The translations under genes were made by a program, and so were the position numbers. Positions 47,320 through 59,935 of a stretch of DNA of 64,000 bases are shown in pieces (positions within the stretch are counted from its first letter, which is position 1; every line of letters starts with the position of its first letter). Under the pieces are notes generated by a model that made no database searches, was not told the origin of the DNA, and saw only the letters and a list, made by a program, of their open reading frames with translations. Source of the stretch: Mobula hypostoma (Eukaryota); NCBI RefSeq assembly GCF_963921235.1, contig NC_086097.1, positions 17,174,001 to 17,238,000 of the forward strand, in the 5' to 3' direction.

Positions 47320-48075
47320 TACTTGGATTGAGTTGTTTTCCGATCTTGGCTATTTACTTGCAAGTGTTTCAAACCATACGAGGAGACACTGTCACTGTGC
47401 TGTTGATTGTTGTGTGTGTACCACCACCACTTCTGAATGCCTGGCCTTTATATACTTTGAAATCAGCTGACTGGACGTCATTCTAGAAACTGAGTAGTGA
47501 CACGGGGAGGAAATCTCATTGCTGAGTGGCAAAATTCGTGCGTTGGGGTCTGGTATTTTGCCCATATGGGCTCAAAATAAGTTTGAGGTCTGTGTGTTTG
47601 CATACAGAATTGTTAATGGAAAACTAACAATTCTAGGAATTCCCTCACATGCTGCTTGTTCGCTTGCACCATGATTCTCACTGATGCCCAATCAAATTTG
47701 TGCCCCTCTCATGGGTAGAGACTAAAGGGAATTGGTTATTCTCCTTTACAGCCAGTTGATGTTCATGGATTCCTGTGGATAGTTTTCTCCCAATTTGGCT
47801 GAGGTAATATTTGCTGCAGTCCCCACATTGGATTTCGTAAACCACATTGGTCCTGTCTGATAGTTTGGTTCATTCTTTTGATCTGCAAAGTACTCTCCTC
47901 AACGTTGCTGTTGGCTTGTGCGTGACTGAAGTTCAGTGTTCTTGGAGCAGTCAGGCTGTCATTTTCGTGATATTTCAAATGTATGGAAGGACAATTCATT
48001 TGGTCACTTCTTGGTAGGTGCATTGAGAACAACTCAACCCAACCATTAACCACCTGTGCTACACATCTTCTGAAT
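47320..48075 (-). mobile_element. Penelope-like element 3' end: GIY-YIG endonuclease remnant plus pLTR
   Basis: Minus-strand IVLPYI…HKPTATLRRVL…TNVVYEIQCGDCSKYYLSQIGRKLSTGIHEH…HKFDW…REFLE. Confidence 0.85.
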
Positions 48076-48099
48076 TATTTCTGACAGAGGCAATACTTG

Positions 48100-51000
48100 C
48101 TTCATTGTTAGCCTCTGATGAAGTTGCCAAAGATAGGATAGTGGCTACTGTTGTTCCATTGTTTAAAAAGGGTATCAAGGACAAGCTGGGGAACTCCAGA
48201 GAGGGCAGCCTGACATCAGAAATAGGAAAGCCACTAGAGGGAATTCTGAGAAACAGGATCTACCAGCATTTACATAGGTAGAGTCTGATTAGAAACATAG
48301 AAACACAGAAAACCTACAGCACATACAGGCCGTTTGGCCCACAAAGTTGTGCCGAATATATCCCTACCTTAGAAATTACTAGGGTTACCCACAGCCCTCC
48401 ATTTTTCTAAGCTCCATGTACCTATCCAAAAGTCTCTTAAAAGACCCTATCATATCCGACTCTACCATCATTGCCGGCAGCCCTCACCACTCACCACTCT
48501 CTGTGTAAAAAACATATCCCTGATATCTCTTCTGTACCTACTCCCAAGCACCTTAAACCTGAGCCCTCTTGTGACAGCCATTTCAGCCCTGGAAAAAAGC
48601 TTCTGACTATCCACATGATCAATGCCTCTCATCATCTTATACACCTCTATCAGGTCACCTCTCATCCTCCGTCGCTCCAAGGAGAAAAGGCCGAGTTCAC
48701 TCAACCTGTCTTCATAAGGCATGCTCCCCAATCCAGGCAACAGCCTTGTAAATCTCCTCTGCACCCTTTCTATGGTTTCCACATCCTTCCTGTAGTGAGG
48801 TGACCAGAACTGAGCACAGTACTCCAAGTGGGGTCTGACCAGGGTCCTATAAAGCTGCAACATTATCTCTCAGCTCCTAAATTCAATTCCACGATTAATG
48901 AAGGCCAATACACCGTATGCCTTCTTAACCACAGAGTCAACCTACGCAGCTGCTTTGAGTGTCCTGTGGACTCGGACCCCAAGATCCCTCTGATCCTTCA
49001 CACTGCCAAGAGTCTTACCATTAATACTATAATCTGCCATCATATTTGACCTACCAAAATGAACCACTTCACACTTATCTGGGTTGAACTCCATCTGCTA
49101 CTTTTCAGCCCAGTCTTGCATCCTATCAATGTCCCACTGTAACCTCTGACTGCCCTCCACACTATCCACAACACCCCCAACCTTTGTGTCATCAGCAAAC
49201 TTACTAACACATCCCTCCACTTCCTCATCCAGGTCATTTATAAAAATCATGAAGAGTAGGGGTCCCAGGACAGATCCCTGAGGCACACCACTGGTCACCA
49301 ACCTCCAAGCAGAATATGACCCGTCTACAACTACTCTTTGCCTTCTGTGGGCAAGCCAGTTCTAGATCCACAAATCAATGTCCCTTTGGATCCCATGCCT
49401 CCTTACATTCTCAATAAGCCTTGCATGGGGTACCTTGTCAAATGCCTTGCTGAAATCCATATACACTATATCTACTGCCCTTCCTTCATCAATGTGTTTA
49501 GTGACATCCTCTAAAAAATACGATCAGGCTCGTAAGGCATCACTACAATCACCAAGATCCTTTTCCCATTGTGAATACTGAAGTAAAGTATTCATTAAGT
49601 ACCTCTGCTATTTCCTCCTATTCCATACATACTTTCCCACTGTCACACTTGATAGGTCCTATTCTTTCACGTCTTATATTCTTGCTCTTCACATACTTGT
49701 AGAATGCCTTGGGGTTTTCCTTAATCCTGCCCACCAAGGCATTCTCATGGCCCCTTCTGGCTCTCCTAATTTCCCTCTTAAGCTCCTTCCTGTTAGCCTT
49801 ATAATCTTCTAGATCTCTAACATTATCTAGCTCTCTGAACCTTTTGTAAGCTTTTCTTTTCTTCTTGACTAGATATACTACAGCCTTTGTACACCATGGT
49901 TCCTGTACCCTACCATAACTTCCCTGTCTTATTGGAATGTACCTATGCAGAACTCCACACAAATATCCCCTGAACATTTGCCACATTTCTTCCGTACTTT
50001 TCCCTGAGAACGTCTGTTCCCATTTTAAGATTCCAGATTCCTTCCTGATAGCCTCATAATTCCCCTTACTCCAATTAAATGCTTTTCTAACTTGTCTGTT
50101 CCTATCTCTCTCCAATGCTATTGTAAAGGAGATAGAATTATGATCACTATCTCCAAAATGCTCTTCCACCAAAAGATCTGACACCTTAGGAGGATTCAGA
50201 ATGCTTTGAGTTCAGGGAGCTATGCTTGATGAACCTTTTCATGTTTTTTGAAAAAGAAATGAAAAAGGTAAATGAGGGCAGGGTTGTGAATGATGTTTAT
50301 TTGGACTTTAGGAACACCTTCAACAAGATCCCACACGATATGCTGATCAGGAAGGTTAGGATCCATGGTATCCAGGGAGAACTAGTAGGTGGATTCAAAA
50401 TTGATTTGGAGGTTTGAAGCAGAGGGTGCTGGTTGAAGTTTGTTTCTTATAATAGAGGCCAGAGACTAGTGATGTGTTGCAGGGGTTGATGTTGGGACAG
50501 TTGTTATTCATTAATTGGATGCAAGTGCACAAGGCTTTATCTGTAAATGTGCAGATGACGCGCAAGTAGGAGGTTTTGTTGATATTGAAGAAGATTATTG
50601 TAGATTAAGGGGATCTTGGTCAGTTAAGTAAGTGGATTAAGGAATGGCAAACGGAGTTCAACAGAAAACAATGTGAGATGATGTATTTTGGACAGTCAAA
50701 CCAGTGTGGTATTTATACTACAAATGGTAGGACACTATGGAGAATAATAGAATCGGGGACTGAGGAGTGCAAGTGCGTAGTTCATTGAAAGCAGCATTAC
50801 AGGTAGATAGGCTGGTGAAAAAAGCATTTAGCATCCTGGCCTTCCTTAGTCAGGGCACCAAGAATAGGAGTTGGGATATTATTTTGCTGTTGTATTGGTG
50901 AGACTGCACTTTGAGTACTCTGTAAAATTTTGGTCACGCAGTTACAGGAAAAATGTGGTTAAACGGAAAAGAGTGTAGAAAAGCTTTATGAGGATTAGAG

Positions 51001-51385
51001 GGCTTGAGTTAAAGAGGCTAGGTCTTTATTCCTTGAAATGTAAGAGATTGAAGGATAACATTATAGATATGATAACAATTATGAGTGGCATAGATTATGA
51101 GAGCTAGATGGTAAAGTTCTTTTCCCCTGGGCAAGGGAGACCAAAACTAGGGGGCATAATTTTAGGGTGAGATTTAAAAGGGATCTGAGGGGCAACTTCT
51201 TCACGTGGTTATTATATGGAAGAGGCTACCAGAGAAATGCCCTAGACAGGTCCAATTGCACTTGAGTAGATACACAAAGGGTGGAGCTCAGAGGGAAATG
51301 GGATAAATACAGGAAATTATTTCTAGCTGCTGGGCACCGTGGTCATCAATGGACTCACTGGACCAAACGACCTCCCTCTGCAGTA
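48100..51385 (+). mobile_element. Old CR1 RT region split by a younger CR1
   Basis: VVPLFKKG…RIYQHL before 48290; YLDFRNTFNKIPH after 50187; ttag repeated at both junctions. Confidence 0.8.
48292..50186 (-). mobile_element. CR1 LINE, 5'-truncated and internally deleted
   Basis: EHFGDSDH (APE end), [36 protein letters not shown]; deletion junction at ~49540. Confidence 0.92.
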
Positions 51386-51392
51386 TATGTAC

Positions 51393-52366
51393 CTTCATTG
51401 ATAACTTCATTAGGTACTTCAGGCAATAAAGTGGCAACTGAGTGTTTGTTTGTGGTTTCCTGCTTCTGTAGGTCATCTTCCTGTTCAGCGATGCTCTTCT
51501 GCACACCACTGTTACAACACATTGTTATTTAATTTGTCATCTCCTTCCTGTCAGCTTGAACTAGTCTGGACAGTCAATAGACAATAGACAATAGGTGCAG
51601 GAGTAGGCCATTCAGCCCTTCAAGTCAGCACCGCCATTCACTGTGATCATGGCTGATCATCCACTATCAGTACCCTTTTCCTGCCTTCTCCCCATATCTC
51701 TTGACTCTTCTATCATTAAGAGTTCTATCTAACTCTTTCTTGAAAGCATCCAGAGAATTGGCCTCCACTACCTTCTGAGGCAGAGCATTCCACAGATCCA
51801 CAACTCTCTGGGTGAAAAAGTTTTTCCTCAACTCTGTTCTAAATGGCCTACTCCTTATTCTCAAATTGTGGCCTCTGGTTCTGGACTCTCCCAACATCGG
51901 GAACATGTTTCCTGCCTCTAGCATGTCCAATCCCTTAATAATCTTATATGTTTCAATCAGATCCCCTCTCATCCTTCTAAATTCCAGTGTATACAAGCCC
52001 AGTCAGTTCCTCTGACCTCTCTCATTGACAAGGTGATTATGCCCACAGATCTCTGCTCACTGTATATTTTGTTGTTGTTTTGCACATCTTGCTGTAAACT
52101 CTAGACTGCTGTGCATGAAAGTGCCTGGATATCAGCAGTTTCTGAGATAATCAAGCCACACCCTTTGGCATCAAAAATCACTCCACAATCAAAGTCACTT
52201 CGATCACATTTCTTCCCCATTCTGATATTTGGTCAGAAGAACAACTGAACCGCTAGACCTTGTCTGCATTCTTTTATGCATTAGGTTGCTGCCACCTGAT
52301 TGGCTGATTAGATAATTGCCTAATGAGCAGGTGTACAGGTGTAGTTAATAAAGTGGCTGCTGACTA
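51393..52366. mobile_element. Tc1-derived non-autonomous DNA transposon interrupted by CR1
   Basis: Degenerate termini …acttcattaggtac and caggtgtagttaataaagtggctgctga. Confidence 0.65.
51575..52002 (-). mobile_element. Young CR1 3' end; (CAATAGA)n tail
   Basis: YTLEFRRMRGDLIETYKIIKGLD…; cagtca at both junctions. Confidence 0.9.
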
Positions 52367-52768
52367 TAGTTCTATAACTCTAAGACTCTAAAGTCAGTTC
52401 ACGGATGGGATCAGTCATTACGGTAGAGGTGAAGACAGTTTACACACTTGCCTACAAAGAAGAAAATAGGAGTGGAGTATCTATATTTATCAATAAATCA
52501 CAGAGTCATAGAGCATGGGAGCAGGGCTTTTGGCCCAACTGGTCCATGCTAACCCAGAGCTGTATGAATAACTAGAAATGCAGTGGAATCCTGTGCTGCA
52601 GCAATGATTTGTGTTATCATTAACTGATGATATAGAAATGAAGATATAGCCATGAGTAAAGATGGACAGATAATACTGCAGTCGCTTGAAGCAGTATCTT
52701 CAATGCTGAACACTCAGTTTGACTACTGGGTTTTAGACTGTTTTTATGATGCATTGTTTCACCACTTT

Positions 52769-53376
52769 TTTTAGGTTATGAAGACACGCAGTCCTCTTTT
52801 ATTGTCATTTAGTAATGCATGAATTAAGAAATGATACAATATTTCCTCCGGTGTGACATCACAAAACACAGGACTGAAAAAACTAACGAAACCACATAAT
52901 TATAACATATAGATACAACAGTGCAACAAGACTATAACTTGATGAAGAACAGTCCATGAGCACAGTAAAAAGTTCAAAGTTTCTCAGATGTCCCACATCT
53001 CACGCAGACGGGAGAAGGAAGAAAATCTCTCCCTGCCATGCCCGACCACAGTCCGACTCTGAGTCGTCCGAAAACTTCAAGCCTCTGATCAGCTCTCCGA
53101 CACCGAGTACCATCTCTATCCGAACGATTCGACCTCAATCTCGGTCGCCAACAGCAGGCAAAGCCGGGGATTTCGAGGCCTTCCCTCCGGAAGATTCTCG
53201 ATCGCACCGTAACAAAAGCAGCGAACTTGCATTTCAGAAATTTCTCCAGATGTTCCTCTGTGCTTTCACGTCTGTCTCCACCAAATCAGAATTGTCCATG
53301 GCCCCTATTTAACGGATACGATATCATTTTCACTGGGGGGCTGCGCACACGCGGCGTGCTGCTATCTCTCCTCACG
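52769..53376 (-). mobile_element. Young CpG-rich non-autonomous retroposon without a tRNA head
   Basis: TSD ccacttt (52762-52768 / 53377-53383); minus-strand AATAAA and short A tail. Confidence 0.65.
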
Positions 53377-54384
53377 CCACTTTGTGAGTAATTTAGCATA
53401 GATATTGTTTATCTTTATACACTTGACTGCAAGAAATAACTAACCAAAGAATCCACACTTGTATTTCCTCTACTGTATGTATTACTTCTGTCCAACTTAA
53501 AATGTGTCATTGTAGCCACTGGACTTCATGTCGGTGACCAGGCCACTTGTTCTGGGTTTGCAGTGCAGAGATTACTGGGTGGGACTGACAAGCATTGTGC
53601 TTTGCTGTACCAGACTGCGCAAGTTTAGAATATTGGTACATAGTCCGTATCTAAACAAGTAATTTTCCCCCAAACTTGTGATCCAAGTTGTTTGTGCAAA
53701 TAAAGCAGTTAAAAATTCTATATTGTAGCAGTAGTACGAGATAGATGGATTGAGTGGTCTGCTTCTATGCTTACACTTGACTTGATTCAATGTAAGAACA
53801 GTGTAATAATTAATCCAATTGAGGACAAGCCATTTCATGTGTTTTAATGTAAATGTAGCTCCTCTGCTCTGCAAAGCTCAGGAACTAGGAGTCATTTGAA
53901 ACAAGACTATTCATAAAATCAACAAAATAAACCTCAAAAGAATTTGAAAATGAATCACATTTTTTCTTTACATTCTTTGATTTTTTTTTAATTGGGGCGC
54001 TCATGGTCTTGCATTAAATATCTCTTTGAAGAACAAAGATTATCTGATAACTATTCATGAAGCATAATGTTATTTTAAGCCATTGATGTACTTTTCTGAT
54101 TTTATTTCTCTTGTAAGTAATTGTATCTCAGTAAAATGAGACAAACATCTTAGCTCTACCAGTGTATGAAATATCCCATTGTTTGAAGACCGTCCAAGAC
54201 TAGTCCAGGCAAGTGAGATCATCTGCTTTTATCCAGAGAAGTTAAAAATATTGTCAAACATTTATTTGGAGAGCTATTATATAAACTTTTCAGAATGGAT
54301 GAGTGCCTTGCTGTGTGTAAAGAGAAGTTTTCAGCATTGCCACCCATGCATGATGGTTGACGTTAGAAGAAGGACTAAAAGTCC

Positions 54385-54560
54385 TGAAATAGAAACAGCA
54401 AATTGTGGAATTACTCACTATGTCAAACAGCAGTCATGAAGAGAGGACAGTCCAATGAAGAGTCATCGATTTGACACATTAACAATGTTTCTGTCTACTT
54501 TGTGCTGTCTCACCTACTGATCATTTGCAGCATTTTATATTTTGGGAGCAGATTTCTATT
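54385..54560. mobile_element. Highly degenerate Penelope-like palindromic element
   Basis: Arms resembling the 5126 family around cagtccaatgaagagtc. Confidence 0.4.
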
Positions 54561-55319
54561 TCCTAATTATTATGCAGCTGAACTCTTTTCTTGAGGGCAC
54601 ATTTTTTCACCTATTCTTTACAGGATCCTCATGTGAATTGGCAGCAATCCCATTCCAATTTCCTATTTTACAAAGAGGAAAACAGTTCTTCTGTGTATTA
54701 ACTTCTGTTAGCACCATTACGTCATAGAAAGCTACAGACCAAATGTTGGTACCGATGCATTCTTGATAGCCAGTAGGGACTTGATGGGTCAAAGGGCATA
54801 GTTCTATGCTGTGTGACTCTATTACATTGTTTATGAGAATGCCTAAAGCCTATCAGTGTTTAGTAACACAAGGAGGATAAGGTTCTCTATCAAAGGCAAG
54901 ACTTTTTAAAGGAAAATAATTTAGCTTTCTTTGTGTGCTTCATAATCTTTGTACTCCAAGGCTAATCACGTGTTATTCTGGCTGAGAATATGCAGCAACA
55001 AATGGCCGGGAAATCCATAGACTGTCAAACAAAGCATTTTAGAACAGTTGCTGTGGTGAGCAGCTTGTGTCAAAAGAAATACCCAATAAAGATCACTGAT
55101 CTGATAAGAGGAAAATTCTCTCATTACTGCTGGCTAAAGATTGAATATAGAGTCGTTAGATAGACAGACAAACAGAGGTAGAGGGGCTAAGATATTTAGG
55201 TTTGGAATTCCAAAGCTGACAGGTTTGTACTGCTCATTGAGGCTGTGGAGCTGGAGAGGAAAGGTGGCCTCAGAAGATGATAAAATGTAAAGAAGTTTCT
55301 TTCTTATTCTATAAAAAAA

Positions 55320-55905
55320 AGGGTGTCATGGAAGTGTAGTGGTTTTACATATATATATATATATATAGGCATCCATTAGTCTTGTGAGACCATGGATTTG
55401 TGCCTTGGAAGGTTTCCAAGGCGCAGGCCTGGGCAAGGTTGTATGGAAGACCGGCAGTTGCCCATGCTGCAAGTCTCCCCTCTCCACACCACCCATGTTG
55501 TCCAAGGGAAGGGCACTAGGGCTGATACAGCTTGGCACTGGTGTTGTCGCAGAGCAATGTATGGTTAAGTGCCTTGCTCAAGGACACAACACACTGCCTC
55601 AGCTGAGGCTCGAACTAGCGACCTTCAGATCACTAGACCGACGCCTTAACCACTTGGCCGTGCGCCAACACGAAGTGGTTAGCACAATGCTTTACAGTAC
55701 CAGTGGCCCGGGTTCTATTCCTGGCGCTGCCTGTAAGGAATTTGTACATTCTCTTTGTGACCACATGGGTTTCCTACCACAGTCCAAAGATGTACCAGTT
55801 GGTAGATTAATTGTTCAGTGTAAATTGTCCCATGGTTAGGTTAGGGTTTACTGGCCAACGTGGCTCGAAGGGCTGGAAGGGCCTATTCCTCACCGTACCT
55901 CAATA
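55320..55905 (+). mobile_element. HE1-type V-SINE with another SINE inserted in its box A
   Basis: Head gtgtagtggtt|agcacaatgctttacag split by the insertion; V-domain and tail 55720-55905. Confidence 0.8.
55345..55673 (-). mobile_element. tRNA-derived SINE of the 40477 family with (TA)n tail
   Basis: Reverse complement of 40477-40781; TSD agtggtt (55338-55344 / 55674-55680). Confidence 0.85.
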
Positions 55906-56336
55906 AATTAGTATAACATTTATTAAGTTACCATTTTGTACTTCCATATAAAAATACAAAATAGCTGAATAGCAGAAAAACTTCCATGTGTTCTCTGTAG
56001 GTTTTTTTGCAGTGAAAGGTGACTGAATCCTAGATTTTGCAGTTTTTGATTTGTATGTTGATGGCTTGTCTTTGGCATGACCCTGGTTAGTGTCTTTGCT
56101 CTGTTCTAGTGTTACGTTTTATGGTTCACCCATGATGGTTTGCCAAGAAATGATATGCTTCGGTTAGGAAATCGACAAATTAAACATAAAAATGTACACA
56201 CATGTGAATTTTTATAGTGCAATTAATTTAATCATTCATAATTCAAGCTAATCAAGAAAATACTTAATCAGAGCTACATACATGGTGATGAATACATTTG
56301 AAATTCCCTGGAATTTCCAGGTGACTCTCAATTGAA

Positions 56337-58390
56337 ATAGAAACATAGAAACATAGAAAATAGGTGCAGGAGTAGGCCATTCGGCCCTTCGAGCCTGCAC
56401 CGCCATTTATTATGATCATGGCTGATCATCCAACTCAGAACCCAGCCTTCCCTCCATACCCCCTGACCCCTGTAGCCACAAGGGCCATATCTAACTTCCT
56501 TTTAAACATAGCTAATGAACTGGCCTCAACAGTTTGCTGTGGCAGAGAATTCCACAGATTCACCACTCTCTGTGTGAAGAAGTTTTTCCTAACCTCGGTC
56601 CTAAAAGGCTTCCCCTCTATCCTCAAACTGTGACCCCTCGTTCTAGACCTCCCCAACATCGGGAACAATCTTCCTGCATCTAGCCTGTCCAATCCCTTTA
56701 GGATCTTATACGTTTCAATCAGATCCCCCCTCAATCTTCTAAATTCCAACGAGTACAAGCCCAGTTCATCCAGTCTTTCTTCATATGAAAGACCTGCCAT
56801 CCCAGGAATCAATCTGGTGAACCTTCTTTGTACTCCCTCTATGGCAAAGATGTCTTTCCTCAGATTAGGGGACCAAAACTGCACACAATACTCCAGGTGT
56901 GGTCTCACCAAGGCCTTGTACAACTGCGGTAGTACCTCCCTGCTCCTGTACTCGAATCCTCTCGCTATAAATGCCAGCATACCGTTCGCCTTTTTCACCG
57001 CCTGCTGTACCTGCATGCCCACTTTCAATGACTGGTGTATAATGACACCCAGGTCTCGTTGCACCTCCCCTTTTCCTAATCGGCCACCATTCAGATAATA
57101 ATCTGTTTTCCTATTTTTGCCACCAAAGTGGATAACTTCACATTTATCCACATTAAATTGCATCTGCCATGAGTTTGCCCACTCACCCAACCTATCCAAG
57201 TCACCCTGCATCCTCTTAGCATCCTCCTCACTGCTAACACTGCCACCCAGCTTCGTGTCATCCGCAAACTTGGAGATGCTGCATTTAATTCCCTCATCCA
57301 AGTCATTAATATATATTGTAAACAACTGGGGTCCTAGCACTGAGCCTTGCGGTACCCCACTAGTCACCGCCTGCCATTCTGAAAAGGTCCCGTTTATTCC
57401 CACTCTTTGCTTCCTGTCTGCTAACCAATTCTCCACCCACACCAATACCTTACCCCCAATACCGTGTGCTTTAAGTTTGCACACTAATCTCCTATGTGGG
57501 ACCTTGTCAAAAGCCTTTTGAAAATCCAAATATACCACATCCACTGGTTCTCCCCTATCCACTCTACTAGTTACATCCTCAAAAAATTCTATGAGATTCG
57601 TCAGACATGATTTTCCTTTCACAAATCCATGCTGACTTTGTCCGATCATTTCACCGCTTTCCAAATGTGCTGTTATCACATCCTTGATAACTGACTCCAG
57701 CAGTTTCCCCACCACCGACGTTAGGCTAACCGGTCTATAATTCCCCGGTTTCTCTCTCCCTCCTTTTTTAAAAAGTGGGGTTACATTAGCCACCCTCCAA
57801 TCCTCAGGAACTAGTCCAGAATCTAACGAGTTTTGAAAAATTATCACTAATGCATCCACTATTTCTTGGGCCACTTCCTTAAGCACTCTGGGATGCAGAC
57901 CATCTGGCCCTGGGGATTTATCTGCCTTCAATCCCTTCAATTTACCTAACACCACTTCCCTACTAACATGTATTTCGCTCAGTTCCTCCATCTCACTGGA
58001 CCCTCTGTCCCTTACTATTTCTGGAAGATTATTTATGTCCTCCTTAGTGAAGACAGAACCAAAGTAATTATTCAATTGGTCTGCCATGTCCTTGCTCCCC
58101 ATAATCAATTCACCTGTTTCTGTTTGCAGGGGACCTACATTTGTCTTTATCAGTCTTTTCCTTTTTACATATCTATAAAAGCTTTTACAGTCCGTTTTTA
58201 TGTTCTCTGCCAGTTTTCTCTCATAATCTTTTTTCCCCTTCCTAATTAAGCCCTTTGTCCTCCTCTGCTGAACTCTGAATTTCTCCCAGTCCTCAGGTGA
58301 GCCACTTTCTCTGGCTAATTTGTATGCTACTTCTTTGGAATTGATACTATCCCTAATTTCTCTTGTCAGCCACGGGTGCACTACCTTCCT
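56337..58390 (-). mobile_element. Very young 5'-truncated CR1 LINE
   Basis: (atagaaac)n tail; uninterrupted RT frame. Confidence 0.95.
56435..58390 (-). pseudogene. CR1 ORF2 RT and C-terminus, ~650 codons with no lesion; APE lost by 5' truncation
   Basis: [44 protein letters not shown]; the first ~22 codons of the 673-aa ORF come from flanking DNA. Confidence 0.92.
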
Positions 58391-58934
58391 TGATTTAAAA
58401 CTAGTAAATACACAGACCTCATCTCCTCTGTCTGGATTGGAAGCTTCATATGACATAAGAAACTTAATCCTTTGTTTTCTCTATAATAATTCATTGGTTC
58501 CAAAAATTCTAGGAAATTGAAATTCTAATAAATATAATGTTGAATATAATTTCAAAATCTGAGTCAATCTCCTGTTTATTGTGTTATTTAAGTCAGTTTG
58601 TGTCAATTTATGTATACATGGTTTTAACCAGATGTTAACAACATGTAGGAAGGGATATGGTGTATAATGCACTGAGCGATTGCAGGCGTTTTAGTGTTCT
58701 CCCATCAATTAAAGTGTTCACACACACAACAGGCTTTGGACGCAAGTCTCTACTGACGTTAAAGCTCCTACATGAAAGTAGTTTGAGGCATTATATCTCG
58801 GGGCATGAATACACAATGCCCAATTGATCCAAAATAAAAACATGTAAAAATATATCATCATGTAAAAATATATAATTTTTAGGTCAACTCGACTGAAGGA
58901 ACTGTAGGGATCTCTTCCAGCAAGGTACATATTG

Positions 58935-59620
58935 AAGCAGTAGTGCCATCACTTGAGTCGAGTATGATGGTCTCCTAAGGGGTTGTCGATTGGTGGGTCC
59001 TCAGGTGGCTGTAGAAGCCGATCTGGATCCACATATTCTGGTGCAGTGTGGGCAAGACTAAGTGGTGGCTGGGTTGGTAGTTGCGTCTTTTGGTTGTTCA
59101 GTCTCTCTTTTCACAGCTGTCACTTGCTCTCTGCAGCACAGCGGAGGTCGCTCTCATGTAGCGCAGCTCCCTTTGAACAGATTTCCTCCCGGTGTATCTA
59201 TTGAGGTCAATGTCTTCCTAGTTTTTAAATGCAATGCTGAATTCCACCAGGCTGATTTTGATTCAAAGGTTCATTTATCATCAAAGTGTGTATGCAGTAT
59301 ACACCTCTGAGATTCTTCTCCTCCAGAGAGGCATGAAACAATGGAAACGATGGAGGTCAGTTCAAAGAGAAACAGCAAACCCACCCTCCCCCACACAAAA
59401 AATGGCAAGACGATCATCAACCCCTCCCCAAACAAAATGCAACAAAACGTTGGCCCCCAACTTCCCCGCCCCACATGAAATGCAACAAGACCATTGTCCC
59501 CCAAATCCCCCTCCACCCGCACAATGCCTTTGCCCGACAGTGGCTTGTTGACTTTCCTTCAACTGGGAATAAAGCATCTGTTTGGAGAGATGTGATTTCG
59601 GTGTCCAGATATATTTAGGT
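58935..59620 (-). mobile_element. RTE-clade LINE 3' end interrupted by a Rex-tail element (~59260-59526)
   Basis: Minus-strand SKQMLYSQLKESQQATVGQR… and terminal C2H2 motif CPHCTRICGS-IGFYSHLRTH. Confidence 0.8.
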
Positions 59621-59654
59621 ATTGATCGTTCATTACTTTAGCTTATCCCAGTGG

Positions 59655-59935
59655 GGTTTAGATACTTCTGAAGTGTAGGGATAGTGCCAGCAAAGCGACT
59701 GCCTATTTGCATAAGGTACAATCCCACAAATGACAAGAAAACTGATATTCATTCAAATATAAACAATGGCCTGGGCCCCATTCCCCTCTCTAAAAGTACA
59801 CATTATGTTTTACAATCCGTCAGACAGACAAGTCTGCGGTTATGTGCTTAACCTAAATGACAGCACCTTCAGCAGTTGCATTCTACCTTATTTCTGCAGA
59901 ATGGTGTCGGCCTGGATATTGTAAACAAGGTGGCA
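59655..59935 (-). mobile_element. Ancient Deu-type SINE remnant
   Basis: tacttctgaagtgtag…atttgcataagg…cccacaaa…tgacagcaccttcagcagttgca…gtgtcggcctggat resembles the Deu domain (from memory). Confidence 0.55.

Noticed and set aside
56435..58456. 673-aa ORF as a host or domesticated RT gene
   Set aside because: 5'-truncated CR1 with its own tail; the start codon comes from flanking DNA; intactness is explained by youth
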